Shown: positions 39,748-53,000 of the stretch, one piece after another
How the letters are laid out: every line of letters starts with the position of its first letter
Numbering within the stretch: the stretch's first letter is position 1
NCBI GenBank assembly: GCA_013265495.1
Contig: MU058384.1
Coordinates: 4,894,792-4,958,791, forward strand
Length of the DNA stretch: 64,000 bases
Origin: Vicugna vicugna
Taxonomy: Eukaryota
Direction of reading: 5' to 3'
The notes under the pieces: model-generated
Seen by the model: the letters and a program-made list of their open reading frames with translations, nothing else
The model's database searches: none
Told to the model about the DNA's origin: nothing
Position numbers and translations under genes: made by a program

Positions 39748-41612
39748 GTTATCAGATGCATTACCTTCATGAGCAGTACACATGTCAAATAAATCCTCTA
39801 AAATCATTATAGTTTCCCATTTGCTGTATTTTAATGACTTCTTCTCAAAGATGGTTAAAGCTGGAAGGAGTCTCTAGCTGAGCTTATCCGAACTCATTCT
39901 GTAGCGAGCAAACAGACTCAAAGAGGTGAAGTGGTTGACCATAGTCACACCAATTGAGCAGAGGAAAGACCGTGCAGGATGCTAACTCATATTCTTTCAT
40001 GGATTTTCCATACATTTATTGAGCACCTACCCCATGTTGGACATTGGATTAGATGCTAGAGATTAACCCTAGAGTGGTTTAGACAGTAGCAAGCCATGAA
40101 CCATAGGCATGTGGCTCTGATGTGGCTAGGAAAGTGAACAACATTGATGGGGGACCTGAACACTTGTTGCTTCATTACTAATAAAAAGCTAGGAATTGTT
40201 TTCTGAAATTCCTGCTTTCTAAGAATTCCAAGCACTTTCTTTATTTTATAGATTCACCAATTATTTGGCTTTATGTATTTTAATAGCAATTTTCAAGGAA
40301 AGAAAAACTCAGACTATGCTAAAAAGACACATCCTGATGTAAAAATGTTAAAACATGATAAAGGACATTTTGGATTTAGAGAAATATGCTTATGGTTATG
40401 TTTATTAAGATTTAGAAAAAAATCTGAACAGACCATTACTTTTTGGGGTATCTAAGACCATATTGCCCTGCCAGTAATTTGAAAATTGTGTATATCAAAT
40501 TATGTATGGTGTTAAATTTTGCCTTGCATAAGAAGTGTTCAATGAATATTTGTTCAATAAGTGACTTAGATCCTTCGCAAATATCTCTTATCTGTTGTTT
40601 TCTATTCTGTTTGACTTGTACACTTATGCCCCTCATTTCTGCCTTCATTGTCATTTGGTAGAATTTCTTGATAGTATGTCATTAATTCATGTCTTCAATG
40701 CACTATGTTTAACCAGAATACATGTTTCTAATGTCTTTTCATTTTGGCATATTTGAAATAGGGGAAGAGAATGGATTTGGGATGATCTAAGTAAAGCCAA
40801 TGGCTACTGCTCTACCCAATGACCATCTTTCCAGTGTGCTTCAGGCTGGACACTTGGAGACTGCTTACACTGGCTGACTCGGAAACCGACCAAGGAAGAG
40901 AAGGTAGAGAAATCTTTCCATCATTAGATGCTAGAAGTAAGAATTTGCATTCTTTAGAAAAGTGAGTGAATGAAGACAAATCCTAGCTCTAGCCTTAACA
41001 TTTGCCACCAAACACAGGCTAAGGGTGATTTATTAACTTTCAAATTCATTTCAGAGGATGTTTTCTAGCAGGAAAACCTCACAATTCTACCCTAAGTGTT
41101 CCAATGTCTTTGGCGTATTGAAGCGCTCTTCAAGTTTTATTTGTCTTTGATCTGGGGACCTTCATGTGTTTCATAAATATTTACAGGATTAAATACTTTC
41201 TGTATTTAAATAGAAATCCCAAAACACAGAGATGTAAAGTGACCTGAACAAGGGTTTTTGGCAAATTGATTAGAGACTGGTTTAGACCCAGGGGCTTTTG
41301 GACTAAAACAGTGTTGTTTTGTTTTGTTAATGTGCTAAACTTCTTGAGCTATAAAATCCCTTTTGATAGATCGTGTGCAAGAGAACTATATTAGTAGAAA
41401 GATTCAAATGTACTGTGTGTAAAACTACACTTCCCCACATACTGCAAAAATCAAACAAAAGATGGATCTGAAGGCCAAGGTTATCCTTAATTAGCAATAT
41501 CTGTAACATAGTAATTCTCTGGATTTAAAAAAATTCTATTTATAGTTATTGGCTTAGTATTTTTCAAATATTCTATAGATTACTGGGCATTTTAATGAAG
41601 AATTATGGGCTC

Positions 41613-41737
41613 TACAGATACATATTACATATATAAAGTAGATAAATCACAAGGTCCTACTCTATAGCACAGAGAACTGTATTCAATGAAAAAGAATATA
41701 TATATGAATATCATACATATATATGAATATATATGTT

Positions 41738-41772
<35 letters not shown>

Positions 41773-41848
41773 GAAACTGAATTACTTTGCTGTTCACCAG
41801 AAACTAACACAACATTGTAAATCAACTATACTTCAATAAAAAAAATAA
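41613..41848 (+). mobile_element. L1 3' end containing an interrupted (TA)n microsatellite (about 41696-41772)
   Basis: caaggtcctactctatagcacagagaactgtattcaat...gaaactaacacaacattgtaaatcaactatacttcaataaaa; TSD aagaattat(gg/aa)gctc at 41598-41612 and 41849-41863. Confidence 0.88.
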
Positions 41849-41934
41849 AAGAATTATAAGCTCAACTGGAATTGAAAGCTATAGGAAGTGTTAGAAGAAA
41901 AACACAGGGTTGGGGGAGTAAAATGTTTTTCCTA

Positions 41935-42120
41935 AGGCAGGGTTTTTAGTGTGATCCCCTCAGGCCACCTGCATTAGAATCACCTAGAGGCTTGCTGAAA
42001 TATTCCTAGGTCTAGCCTGACTTATGAATCAGAATCCCTGAGGGTGAGGTCAAGAATTTTCATTTTAAACAAGTTCTTAATGTGTTTCTTATGCCCCCCA
42101 AATCTGAAAACAGCTGGACT
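41935..42120. mobile_element. MER5-family hAT-Charlie
   Basis: cctgcattagaatcacctagaggcttgctgaaa...tgaatcagaatccctgaggg...cattttaaacaag. Confidence 0.65.
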
Positions 42121-42939
42121 ATGAGAATGTCTTCTAGATTAAAGAGTGTAATAAAGTAAATATCAAAGAAAGCTCAAGACACCTTCAAGAGCAAATATTG
42201 GCAGGATCCCTTAATGGGTAAAATATCAGGCAAATAAAGGATTATACCATATTTTTAAAAGTCAATTAAAGATTTAGTGTTTGAAAACAAGGAAGATTTT
42301 AGATAAATTACTGGTTATTGTTTGAAAACATTTTACTCTTATAGGAGAAAAGTGTTTTATGTAAACAATTCTTTCTGTACTAATTACTCTGTACATGATA
42401 AAATACTCTGTATATGATAAAATATGAAAACAGGTGTCATAAACTTCAGATCAAAGGATATTTTTCAATAAAACTTTCTTGGACTAAAGCACATTCTTTT
42501 GAAATTAAGAAGCAGTAGGAAATGTACTCTGTAAAATCCAATTAACTGGGTATAAAATTCAGACTTGCTGCGATCATTTGGCCCTGCTAACCTGAGGTTT
42601 AAGTTTATACTCGGGAAAAAGGGATTTGAACAGAATTATTTCTATAAATCTGGTATAAATTAATCATTTTATTTCCCTGACTAAAGCCATTCAATGACTC
42701 CCCATATCTCTAAGGACAAAGTTCAAACTCCTTAAGAATATTTATACAACTTCCCTCTCCAGCCCCATGTCTTTCCCGTTCCCCCAGGTTTCCCTTTTGG
42801 CTTCTCCTCATTCTGACCTCTCAGATCTCACCATTATTATTCTCTCTGCCCGGCACCTTCCCTTCTCTCCTTTCTTCCCCAGCATGTAGTGAGCACTTAA
42901 CACATACTGTGTTATTACTAATAATATCATTACTGACAA

Positions 42940-44160
42940 TGAAGAAAAGTGGACACGTTAAAGATATATTTTCAAGGTAGAGTACTCAGGTCCTTTTGAA
43001 CACTTGAGTATAAGAGGACTTACAAAGTAAAGAGAAAAGTCAAGGATGACACAAAGTTTTGGCTTGAGAAATAAAGAAATCAATTTAAAAATTAGGGCTA
43101 ATTACTACAAATGAGAAAAATAGAAGCATTGAGTGACTATGACCTTTGTTTTGTTCATACTAAATTAAAGATGTTTATGGGGGGAGCAGGGGATGTTAAC
43201 CTGGAATAGGGTACAGGAGTCTGGAATTCCAGAGGGGTTAGAGCTGAAGATAGAGATGGTATTTAAAGCAACAGCAGTAATGAAACCCCTTGGAAAGAGT
43301 AATGCAGAAAGAAAGTGGAAGGGCCACTTCAAGGGAAAGGGGAGGAGGAGTAGCAAGCAGAGGAAACCAGTAAAAAGAAACAAAACCAAAAGAGTGGTAC
43401 CCTGGAGCCAAGAGAGGAAAGTGGTTTAAGAAAGTGAGAGTGTCGATCCTGTTGAAGGCTGCCAGTGGGTGAATTAAGATGAGGCTGAGGAGGTGACCGC
43501 TGGATTGGGCAACATGGAGGCCACTGGTGACAGTGATGAAGGAAAGCTTGGTGAAGTAGGGGCCATGAAAGTTTGTCCAGTGACGGCTTCGGGAGGAGGC
43601 AACAAGAGGAAATATGACCATAACCATAGAAGTTCCCTTAAGCAGCTCGGTTGAGAAGAGAAGCAGATAAATGGGGCTGTATGAGGGTGGCAACTGGATA
43701 AGGAGGGTGTGATTTTCTATTGCTGGGAGACGCACCCCATGTTAATATGAGAAGAATGATTCAGAAGAGAGGAAGGAGAAATATAGGAGAAACAATATAG
43801 GAGAAAGGTAGTACCTACAGGATGAGGTCTGGAGGAGACTAGGAAATAGATTACAAAGAACAAAAAGAAGGGCTGGCCTTTGGTTGCAGCTGAGAGCATT
43901 CATCCATGCTAACAACTGGGAAGGCAAGGATGGCTTTGGTGCGGGAAGGTGAATGTTTCTATTTTCTCATTGATGTCCGAGTCAAGGTTCTCAGCTGGGA
44001 ATTGGATGGAGATGGGGTGAAGAGGTCTGAGAGGAAGTGGTGTGAAACCGTTGTCCAGAGCAAGGGAAAAGGTAGATACCTGCAGTAGCATTGCTTAAAT
44101 GCCCATTTGCAGTTTGTCATCATGGCTTTAAAGACAAATCAATATATTCTGATGTTTTTC
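42940..44160 (-). mobile_element. L2 LINE body with degenerate reverse-transcriptase remnant
   Basis: ORF 43238..43735(-) contains ...TVTSGLHVAQSSGHLLSLILIHPLAAFNRID..., which resembles the L2/CR1 RT segment [31 protein letters not shown]. Confidence 0.8.
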
Positions 44161-47067
44161 TCCAGGAAACTTCAGATGCTACCCTCACCCTGCTGCCTCC
44201 TCTGTAGCTTTGTCTTTCAGTCCTGCTAGCCTCTTCTGTGGAAACCTGTGTGGTTCCTCCAGATCTAGATCTCCAGTGTCTCTGTTACCCCTGTTATGAA
44301 CCTACTGTAATCATCCACTCACTCAGCGGTAGCTCCCATCAGAACACAAGCTCACAGAAGGCAGGCATTTTCTGTGTTGTTCTGAGTTCTAACCCCTACT
44401 TCAGACACAGTGCTTGGCCCACAATAGGAACTGAACACACGCTACTTAAATAAGAAAAATGTGGCCCGTAAAGCAAGTATCAGTCTCTCCAATTTCCACA
44501 TTAGCATCAAGAACATTTGTGCTGAATGTTAATTAAAAAGAATTCTTACCTATTAATGACCAAAACACTAACAATTTCCCTAAGATTTATAATTCAGCTT
44601 CCCCTGCTGTATTTCCCAGTGACTATGTATGGTTGTGTATAAGTTCACTTCATTTCTCAAAAGAGGTTTGCCTTTTAGCTGCCTTCCTTTCCAACTCTAT
44701 CCTCTAAAAATGGTGAATAAGGAAGACTTTATTTTGTAATAGCAAAGTGAAGGGAGAAAAATAAATAACAAACTTGTTAGTATTTTAAGGTCCAAGTCAC
44801 AGATCTGCACATCACGTTTTATCTACCAGGTAGTTTTCTGCTTTGAATTAGAAACCCATACATTTAAAGAAACTATACCCCGTATTTCCCACATACATTT
44901 GCACAAGAAGGAGAAACATATATTTAAATACGTTTAGGAATATTTTGAATGATTAGGAATATTTTGAAAAGATATAATTTAGATTTAACATTAGTTTTAA
45001 TACAACGAATAGGTTTAACATCCAATCAGGTGCGTGGGTCTCACTCGTAGTCACTTCCACATTGCTAGGGAACACACGTGCTTTTCCTTGCCCACAGGTG
45101 TTACGGTGACCTACCTCGTGGATCGGCACTGCGACATTCTATAAAGGTGCAAGAACGCGTATCCCATCTCACATGATCTTCACAATACCCATCCTTGAGA
45201 TGTATTTTTATATCCAATAGAAATAAAAGTAAAATGAAGTTTATGGAGACTCAATAAAAGTCTTACGAAGTCACAGAGCTGATAAAGGGCAGAGTTTGAA
45301 TTTAAACCAAGACTGTTTGGGCTCCAAAACTGGTTTTCTTTCAGTGAAGCAATGTGGTGAGCCCCTTATTGGAAGCGCCTTATGATGTCAAAGGTCCTTT
45401 TCAGTTCTAATATTGCATCATTTCTAAAGAAACAAAGAAGTTCTTTGAATATTTTACTCATCTTGGATTATCAATCCCATTAATGGCTGGGAGACAGTTC
45501 AAGGTGTTCTCAGTGTCTCTCCCGTTCTCCAGATACGCACTTGTGGTCGCAAACTTTATACAGAGTAACTCAAAAGGACACCTGTTCTTTGGATAGTAAG
45601 TAACACTGTTTACATTTATTTTTCTACCTGAATCTCTGCTGTAGAGAGCAGGAGGATTAAAGAAAATGTCCAGGACAGATAAAAATTTTAGAGATGCTCA
45701 TGAAAGGAGTGTTACATTATGTTACAAATGGGTATTTGTATATAAAAACTGAAATTAATATTTCTTTTTTTGGGGGGTTCTAGTTTTTAGTTATTGGGTT
45801 ATGTATTGTTACAAAAGTAAATATTTATTTCAGTTCTGTATAATGCTGAGTTCACTCTTGCCATTAATTTAATAGATATAATATGACTCCTAAGTTTAAC
45901 TCTGCAATAAGCAAGGCACATTATTGACCAGATGAACATATGACACACTACACAGCATGTGTCACTTAATTATGGAAAGCATATGTAATAACAAACATTT
46001 GCAAAGTACATTATGTAGCAAGAGTTCATTGTAGGAATGAACTCATTTCACAGATGGAGAAAAAACGACTCAGAGAGGTCAGTGACTTGTCCAAGTTCAA
46101 GCTGCTAGTAAGGGATGGAGTCAGCCCCTGGAAAACACTCTGAGGGTTCATGCCTATAAAAAGATTCCTAACACTGGGATGATGTGTTATCATTTATTAG
46201 AAATACAATCAAAGAACACTGAACAGTCTTGAAGAATAGTGACTAGAGGCAACAAATCCTTGGCTCTAGGAAGTGCATTGTGCATATGAGAGTTCAATGT
46301 CTGAGTTGGAAAGGAGTGACTAAAGGAAATTATAAGGAACCTGTGTGAAAGGATATTGTAGCACAGTGAAAAGAACACTGAGCTGAACGATGGAAGCCAG
46401 CGAGAGGTCATCCGTAAGACAGGGCGTTGGACTGAATGGATGACTCGACTGGGACACCCTGTTCTTACCTCAACAGAAAACTACCCTCCGGCTCTGCCCT
46501 AGGGGGCTAACCAGTGGCCTTACATCCAGGTGCTGCTGTGCCTTCTATTTTCTGGTTGGTTCTGCCAAGGGGACCCTTGGCTGAGATGGGAAGAGTAAGG
46601 GATATAAAGTTAGGGATTACCCTTGGCTCTCTTCCTGTGAGTATTCCAAAGGTCCCTGTTCCTCTCAAGGACTCCTGTTTTCCATGACTCTCGCCCTACA
46701 CGTAACAGTGTCCTTCAGACCTGTATCCATGTGCGTGCACGACCCTCGTGGTCCTCCTACCCTCACCCACGTCTGCAGCATCAGTACCCTTGTATATGAA
46801 CTGTCCTCGCAGTATCCTGATTCAAACGCTAGAAGATTCCTCCCAGCTGTCGTCCTGCACGTGATTGATTATTTTGTGAACTACTGAACTTGGTTTGCTT
46901 GTTCTTCTTTCTCCCAAATTGTAATTCTTGGCTTCTTCAAGTGAAGTTCAGATGGTATACAAATTATTAACAGAGGAAAATGCTCAGTCCATTTTCTTAG
47001 AAGTATAACTATCATCCATAACCAAAAGTAAGACAGAAGTCAAAAGTAAGTAAAATAAGGGCACAGC

Positions 47068-47073
47068 TTTATT
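47068..47073 (-). terminator. MYB polyadenylation signal AATAAA
   Basis: tttatt on + at 47068-47073, followed on the minus strand by a U/GU-rich downstream element (about 47020-47050). Confidence 0.85.
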
Positions 47074-47324
47074 TCACTACAAGGCAGTAAGTACACTGTC
47101 ATATCAAAAGTTCAGTGCCGGCCATCTTGCACCAAAAGTTCTTAAGGCAGCAACTGGCTATGGACTCCCGTCTCTCGACCCCAGCTGCAAACACAGGTTC
47201 TGTGTGGCAGTTCTAAGACCATACACTTAGAGACCACAAGGAATGCTGATTAAACACATAACCCCTGAATTAAAGAACAGTCAGGCTGAACTCAAAACAA
47301 AACATAGGACATCGACAACACAGA

Positions 47325-47422
47325 TCTCCCAAAATAAAAGAAGTGCAATGCATGCTCTTATAAACCAACAATTACAAAAAATAAAACAAAGAACAACAAC
47401 AAATGCAAAAAAAATCTCCCAA
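47325..47422 (-). promoter_or_regulatory. Two miR-150 8mer seed sites (TTGGGAGA) at 47325-47332 and 47415-47422
   Basis: tctcccaa occurs twice on +; miR-150 repression of MYB through two 3'UTR sites is established. Confidence 0.9.
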
Positions 47423-47566
47423 ATAAGTTTTCCAATGTATTACAAAAGGAAAAAAAAGTATATATATATATAAAAAATAAAAAAGTTTGAAATACTAGTG
47501 CATAGTCAATTACCTAACACCAAGTTTCTTGTCGTTCCGTCCCAAGCTCTACTGCCCCTCTGGTAC

Positions 47567-47601
47567 TAGCAGCATGTCTACAGGCTAAGACCATAGCAGC
47601 A
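47567..47601 (-). promoter_or_regulatory. Two miR-15/16 family 8mer seed sites (TGCTGCTA) at 47567-47574 and 47594-47601
   Basis: tagcagca occurs twice on +; MYB is an established miR-15a/16 target. Confidence 0.85.
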
Positions 47602-47916
47602 AAACACATTTTTTTTTTCATTTGGCATTTACAAAATTAAATTACTGAATAAAAATATAATTTTTTTATAAAACTATTTCATACAGTAATAATTTTTAAA
47701 GCAAGCTAACAAAAAAACCCTCATAAAATGGTTTAGTACAATAAATGTACCTCCAACGTTATTAGCCATAAATGAACATTTACAATATTGATTTATTATT
47801 CTATGGTATTAAGCCAACATTTATAGTAATGCATTGTGTTTAGTGGTTGAGAAAAGTGAAATGTTGGAGTACCTTTTTTGTGTGTGTAAAATTTCAAAAA
47901 CTTCATCACAGGAAAA

Positions 47917-47923
47917 AATACTG
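47917..47923 (-). promoter_or_regulatory. miR-200b/c/429 7mer seed match (CAGTATT)
   Basis: aatactg on +; seed match only. Confidence 0.45.
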
Positions 47924-48221
47924 GTCTGTTGGATCTTCTAAAATACAGATAAATCATTTTATGTTTAAAAACAATCTGCATCAAGATATTAACAACTGAC
48001 TACAACTCGTTACCTAATAATTTAGGTAAGACTGTTATTTATTTATTTAAAAAAATCCTTTTAGTTGAGTGAAATCGGAGATGATTTCATCCGCCTAAAA
48101 CGCACTTGGTGCTGCTCTCAACTGTTGTACCACAACAAAAATAGGCTCTTCTCCCACTCATGAAAAGTTTCATGTAGAGGAACGATATATCCCAAGTCAA
48201 CGTGAAGTGTTCTGAAAACCA

Positions 48222-48228
48222 TAATGCT
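48222..48228 (-). promoter_or_regulatory. miR-155 7mer seed match (AGCATTA) just after the stop codon
   Basis: taatgct on +; seed match only, and very close to the stop codon. Confidence 0.4.
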
Positions 48229-48242
48229 TGTCTGGGGACGCC

Positions 48243-48359
48243 TCACATCACCAGAGTCCGGGCTGAGAAGGCGTTCCCGTACTTCCGAGCCTGGCCCGAA
48301 GCCGTCATCTGATCGTCTGTCTTTCCACAGGATGCAGCTTCCCAGGCTCCGCTACAAGG
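48243..48359 (-). CDS. MYB: MYB terminal coding exon (117 bp incl. stop; exon 15): PCSGAWEAASCGKTDDQMTASGQARKYGNAFSARTLVM*
   Basis: Polypyrimidine tract plus TAG acceptor at 48362-48360; TGA stop at 48245-48243; c-Myb C-terminus ARTLVM. Confidence 0.97.
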   Translation of the reverse strand, partial: PCSGAWEAASCGKTDDQMTASGQARKYGNAFSARTLVM

Positions 48360-49789
48360 CTAAGGGGAAGAAAGAGCGAGGGCAAGGTCAAGACCGCGAA
48401 GCACATGGTTAACCCGCAAGGGACCCCCCCGTCCCAGCAGGGCCAGCAGGAAAAGTGCTGACCTCCAGAGAGCAAGTAGTAGACACAGGGGAGCCTCGGT
48501 CAGATAACATCTTCGCTCTCTGACAGCCAGGAACCCAGCATTCTCAAGTGATATTAATGATCAGAAGTCGTTTATCACTCAGAGAGAAAACCCACTCCAA
48601 ACAGGATGATAAGCTACAGCTGCATCTTCATACTTGAGTGCCTTCTATCACAGGGTTTTACCAAGCTGGACGCAGGAGTGAGCATAATCCTGTGAGCTGT
48701 GGGCGTTTACTCATTAAGCAAACTGGTGAGTGCTTGAGCCGCCCCAGTGAAGCAGTTCCTGTAGGAGCTGGAATTGATCAACACCAACTAAACATAGTAT
48801 ATATTTTAAAATATCAATTAAAATATCAATTAATTTAGAAATAGCTGTTTACTCAGAGAGTAAACTTTTTAAAGATACACTGGAAGAGAGAAGATGGAGC
48901 TAATACGGGTAGCATCCGGATCCGCCTCTGGGGTTTGACACGTGATCTCACTGACACAGCACAACCACCTGGGAGGGAGGTTCATTCTCTCTTTAACTGG
49001 CAAGAAATGGACACGGGAGTGCAGACAGCTTGCCCAAGGCCGCTCTACGGGTAAGTAGTGGGGTAGTTTCGAACCTTTGTCTCCTGCCCAGCTCCGCTCC
49101 TGCCTTCCCTCTATGTTGCTGCCAACCAAAATACATACTATTTTGAACCCTATTTCGTTCCCCAAACCATTTGAGGTGCATACAAGTTTAAAAAGGTGGA
49201 AAAGGCAGGGTCACAGAGAATGTGGCAAAATAATATAAAGATGAGGTGAGATTTGAATTCAAAACACTTGCCATGAACTTGCAAGCAGCAGCTAGGTGTC
49301 AACCTCAAGCTTGGCTCTGAGCTCTCTAGCAGTCAGTGCAAAGAGGGAAACAGAAACACAAGCAGACATGATTCGGGGTCCATAAGCTCAAAACTAAACT
49401 GGTGTTTATAAAAAGCACAACTATTCCTAATATTGACATCTAAGAGGGATTCTGATCCCCCCTGAGACAAAAGAATAAGAAACGGAAAGCCTCTACTCTT
49501 TAGAGACTCCAATGTCCTTTAGGAGACAAAGTGAACACATGTGAAACAGGTAAAGTAATGACTGGCAGTGTGGAAGGTTTGTGATGCCATGGCCAGATAA
49601 GGAGGCGATAGGACACCGAGGAATAGCCAGGGCAATGCTCTGGGGAAATAGGCAAGACCTAGATAGACACGTGCTAAAGAGGGTGGGTCACTCAGGTAGA
49701 GAAATAGCATGAAAGAGTCGGAAGCTAGTTTGTTCACTGCTTGTGGGAGGACTGGGAGACAGAGAGGAAGGGATGCAGTGTGGATTAAA

Positions 49790-50010
49790 TGACAACATTT
49801 AACAAATGCTTACTCTGCACCACCCATGCTTCTAAGTATTCTACACATATCATCTCACTTAATTCTCGCACAAAACACCTGTGGCATAGGTATGGCTCAT
49901 TGCACCTGTTTCACAGAGCAAGCAATTTTAAAGAATGAGAGAACTTAGGCAACATCCTTAAAGCCACCCAGCCGAGAAGTGCTGAAGCAGGAATGTGAAT
50001 CCAGACTCCA
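49790..50010 (-). mobile_element. MIR in the last MYB intron
   Basis: acaacattt...tatcatctcacttaattctc...taggtatggctcattgcacctgtttcacaga. Confidence 0.6.
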
Positions 50011-53000
50011 TTAAGTGTAAGCTGCCGCTTCCATCAGAGTTCTTATCAGTGGGAAATGGTGGAGTGAGGTCAGCAGGGCCTTGGAATGCAGGAAGAAGCA
50101 TTTAGATGAGCTGTCACAGTCATCAGACTTTTTAGCAAAGAGGTAAGATCATTCCGAATGGATGTATTATTTGAATGGTGACGGGGCTTCCCCGCCTAGG
50201 GTCTGGAACAAAGTTTCAGTGACATAAGGCTTACAGCACCATGTTTCTAGCTTGTCAGCTTTCATAGGACTAGATTTCTCAGTTTCTGCCTAATCTGTTG
50301 TGCATCTGACCACCAACGCAAAAGGCACCATCCAAGTTTACACACATTTACTCTCCAGGCTCAGAGGCTTGATACTACATAAGCAAGATGGGTTATCATG
50401 TTTTCCTGGAACTGTGAATCACAAAATAACAGGACAGAGATGAAAGGGGGCCGACTTCTACTACTGAGTCACATTTAATGTTTTCCTAAATAAAATCACC
50501 AGGGTAGTTAAAGCATTCTTTAATACAGTTCTGAATAAATGACGTTTCTCTAGGTTGAAGGAAGTGGCTTAAATATGCGTATTTCTCTGGTGTATATCTG
50601 TCCACCCAAATCCTGTATTTTAGTTGATTGCTTACACATTATTGCTAAAATTTTTGAATGCAGCACCAAAACACCAAATTGACACAAGAAACCCAATTAA
50701 CAAATAAAATGTACAGAGCTTGTGTTTGCAGAGACACATAGAGAACAATATGACAGTGTGACACAAAGTAACAATGTGACTGACATATAACAATGTGACA
50801 TGTAATACCTAGCATTTGAGAGTGAACAGTTAAAAGTTGGTGGCTTGTCCACCATGAGTACCATGCAGGGCTTAGAACCAACGATGTGCTTAGACTTAGA
50901 ACACAGTGCATGGATCCTAAAAGCAAGTGACTGAAGACGACACAAGATGAAATATCTTAATATACTAATATCTTATATGTAACATAAAATTACGGAAAGA
51001 TACACATGAAACCCAAAAATACATATTTTGAAAGAACAGAAAGAAATAGATGAGGGGAAAGTGAGAATGGAGATGAAAGCGAGGAGGAAGGAAGGAAGGA
51101 TTGTTTCTGTCTTTCTCTGGTTAAGAATTTTTCTGCTTAGCTGTGCTTCAATTACTATAGAATTAATTTTCTAAATGTTTAAATTAAGTGTTTTAAAAAC
51201 TATCTTCAAAGAATCTTATGCTTGCTTTGACAATGCCTCTGGTAAAAAGCTCTGATCCTTGGCAATACAGGACTTGAGTTAATTCAGAATCCCAATGTCT
51301 GTTCAGGAGAATTATCAGCTTAATTGATTTTCCACTTGAACTTTGACTGTGCTCTTGTTGGAGCTCCCAGATGGCTCATCACTTTACTCATGTTTGGCAG
51401 TTCTTCCAGAACCAGATATTTAAAACAGGTCAATATAAAGAACATACCATATATTTTGAACTACTATTTTGGAAAAAAAAAAGTTTAAAACAGTCAGCTT
51501 CTCCTAACTTGAAATGAAATTTATGAAGCAATAAAACAAATTGACATATCTTAAGTCCAGAAAGCAGAGCATTTCAGGGGCAGATAAGCCCTGCAGCTCA
51601 GAGTCTAGAAGGGCAAGACGACCTGGAACACCTGAATTCACCTCCCAGCATAGACAGACACCAGGACACAGGAGCCACTGTGTGCAAGAACCACTGAATG
51701 CTGAACAGAAAGGCGAGCATGAGTGGGTGGCTCCTTTCCTGTACCGTGAAGGGGGAGAGCAAGCACTTCTTATGGCCATGAATGGGAAAACTGGTCAGAG
51801 CAGACACACACCTACTTCATGAAAGTACAGGAAGAGCAGCAGGTCAGGTACCCAGGTAAGAAAAGAAAGGATGCTGAGGTCTACCAGCCAAAATGGCAGC
51901 TGCCTCCTCTTTTGTTATTTCCTTCTCCCACCTTACCCTGAAGCCCTGGGGCCCCAGGCCAACTTTCCATGCAGATGGAATAGTTTTGACAAAGGGGATT
52001 ACATGTCTTTGTGCTAGAAGAATATGTTTTAATGCTGTCATATATGATCCTTGTGCATCCTCCTTATTCTCTCTCCTTAAACGTTACTTTCACTTACACA
52101 AAAGAATTGATAAGAATTACGGATTTCTGCACAGGAATTCTTGTTAAATTACTAACCCAGGGTGCTGTTGCAGACATGTCACTCTACCCCCTATTCATTT
52201 CAACATTAATAATCCGCCCGCACATCCTCTTCCTCCTGCCCGCCAGTCATCTTCCTTATCCCGTAATGTACCTTTAATTGCCCCTGGGCAGAAGTGAACT
52301 ATAAACAGACTGTCAGAGCTTTAACTGGGATATCCTGCTGAAGCACTTTAAATAAATACACAGATCCTTTGTAGAAGACAGAAGAAAGAAAATGAGACAA
52401 GACCATGTCCACAGGTGGTTTTCTGTCAGAATTAGATTATTTTCACATTTTCGCTTAGAATATGAATGGGTTTTTTTCTCCCTCATCATGCTGAACAAGA
52501 ACCACTATTGTTGTTATATTCATAGAGCAGCTTCACACAATAGCTGCTGATGTCAAAAGCTTTGGCAGGTATGTGCTTTACAATTCACAGGCCTCAACAG
52601 AACTTGCATAAGTTATAAAAAATGATTTTGTAAAACCAAAGAAACACGAAATGGTATTATGTTTTTCTGTTGTTTCTTTTTTTAAAAACAGTAAGCAGAT
52701 ATAAATGGTGTCCAAAAGACTAAGAATAATCTGATTATTCTATTTCACCCATCTGAAGAAAATACTTACTCTGGACTATCACTTCAAAAGTCAGAATTCC
52801 TTTCCAAAGGGGCATCTTTTAAAATGCATTAGTTATGAGAGATAACGTAGAAATCTTTAGCTATATTTTGAAAGTCAAGAAAGAACCTGAGATGAAGTGT
52901 CCCTAAGGTAAAGTTAATGGTTACCAAACTTTTTCTACATATAAATGCTTCCCTATGTTTGCACAAGACAATTAAAAGCTCCCAACTCTGGGGCTGCTAA

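Larger units (their letters stand above)
47050..48242 (-). other. MYB: MYB 3'UTR (about 1.2 kb, AU-rich)
   Basis: Follows the stop codon; U-rich; ends shortly after an AATAAA; terminal sequence resembles the human MYB mRNA 3' end as recalled. Exact cleavage site is approximate. Confidence 0.9.

Noticed and set aside
43238..43735. 165-aa ORF with reverse-transcriptase-like segment as an active or domesticated RT
   Set aside because: Degenerate L2 remnant with key residues lost; only part of the domain.
42385..44968. Two separate 19-bp tandem duplications (about 42385-42422 and 44934-44968)
   Set aside because: Ordinary slippage duplications with no sign of function.
46910..46917. Third miR-150 8mer match
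   Set aside because: Lies beyond the poly(A) site, outside the inferred 3'UTR.
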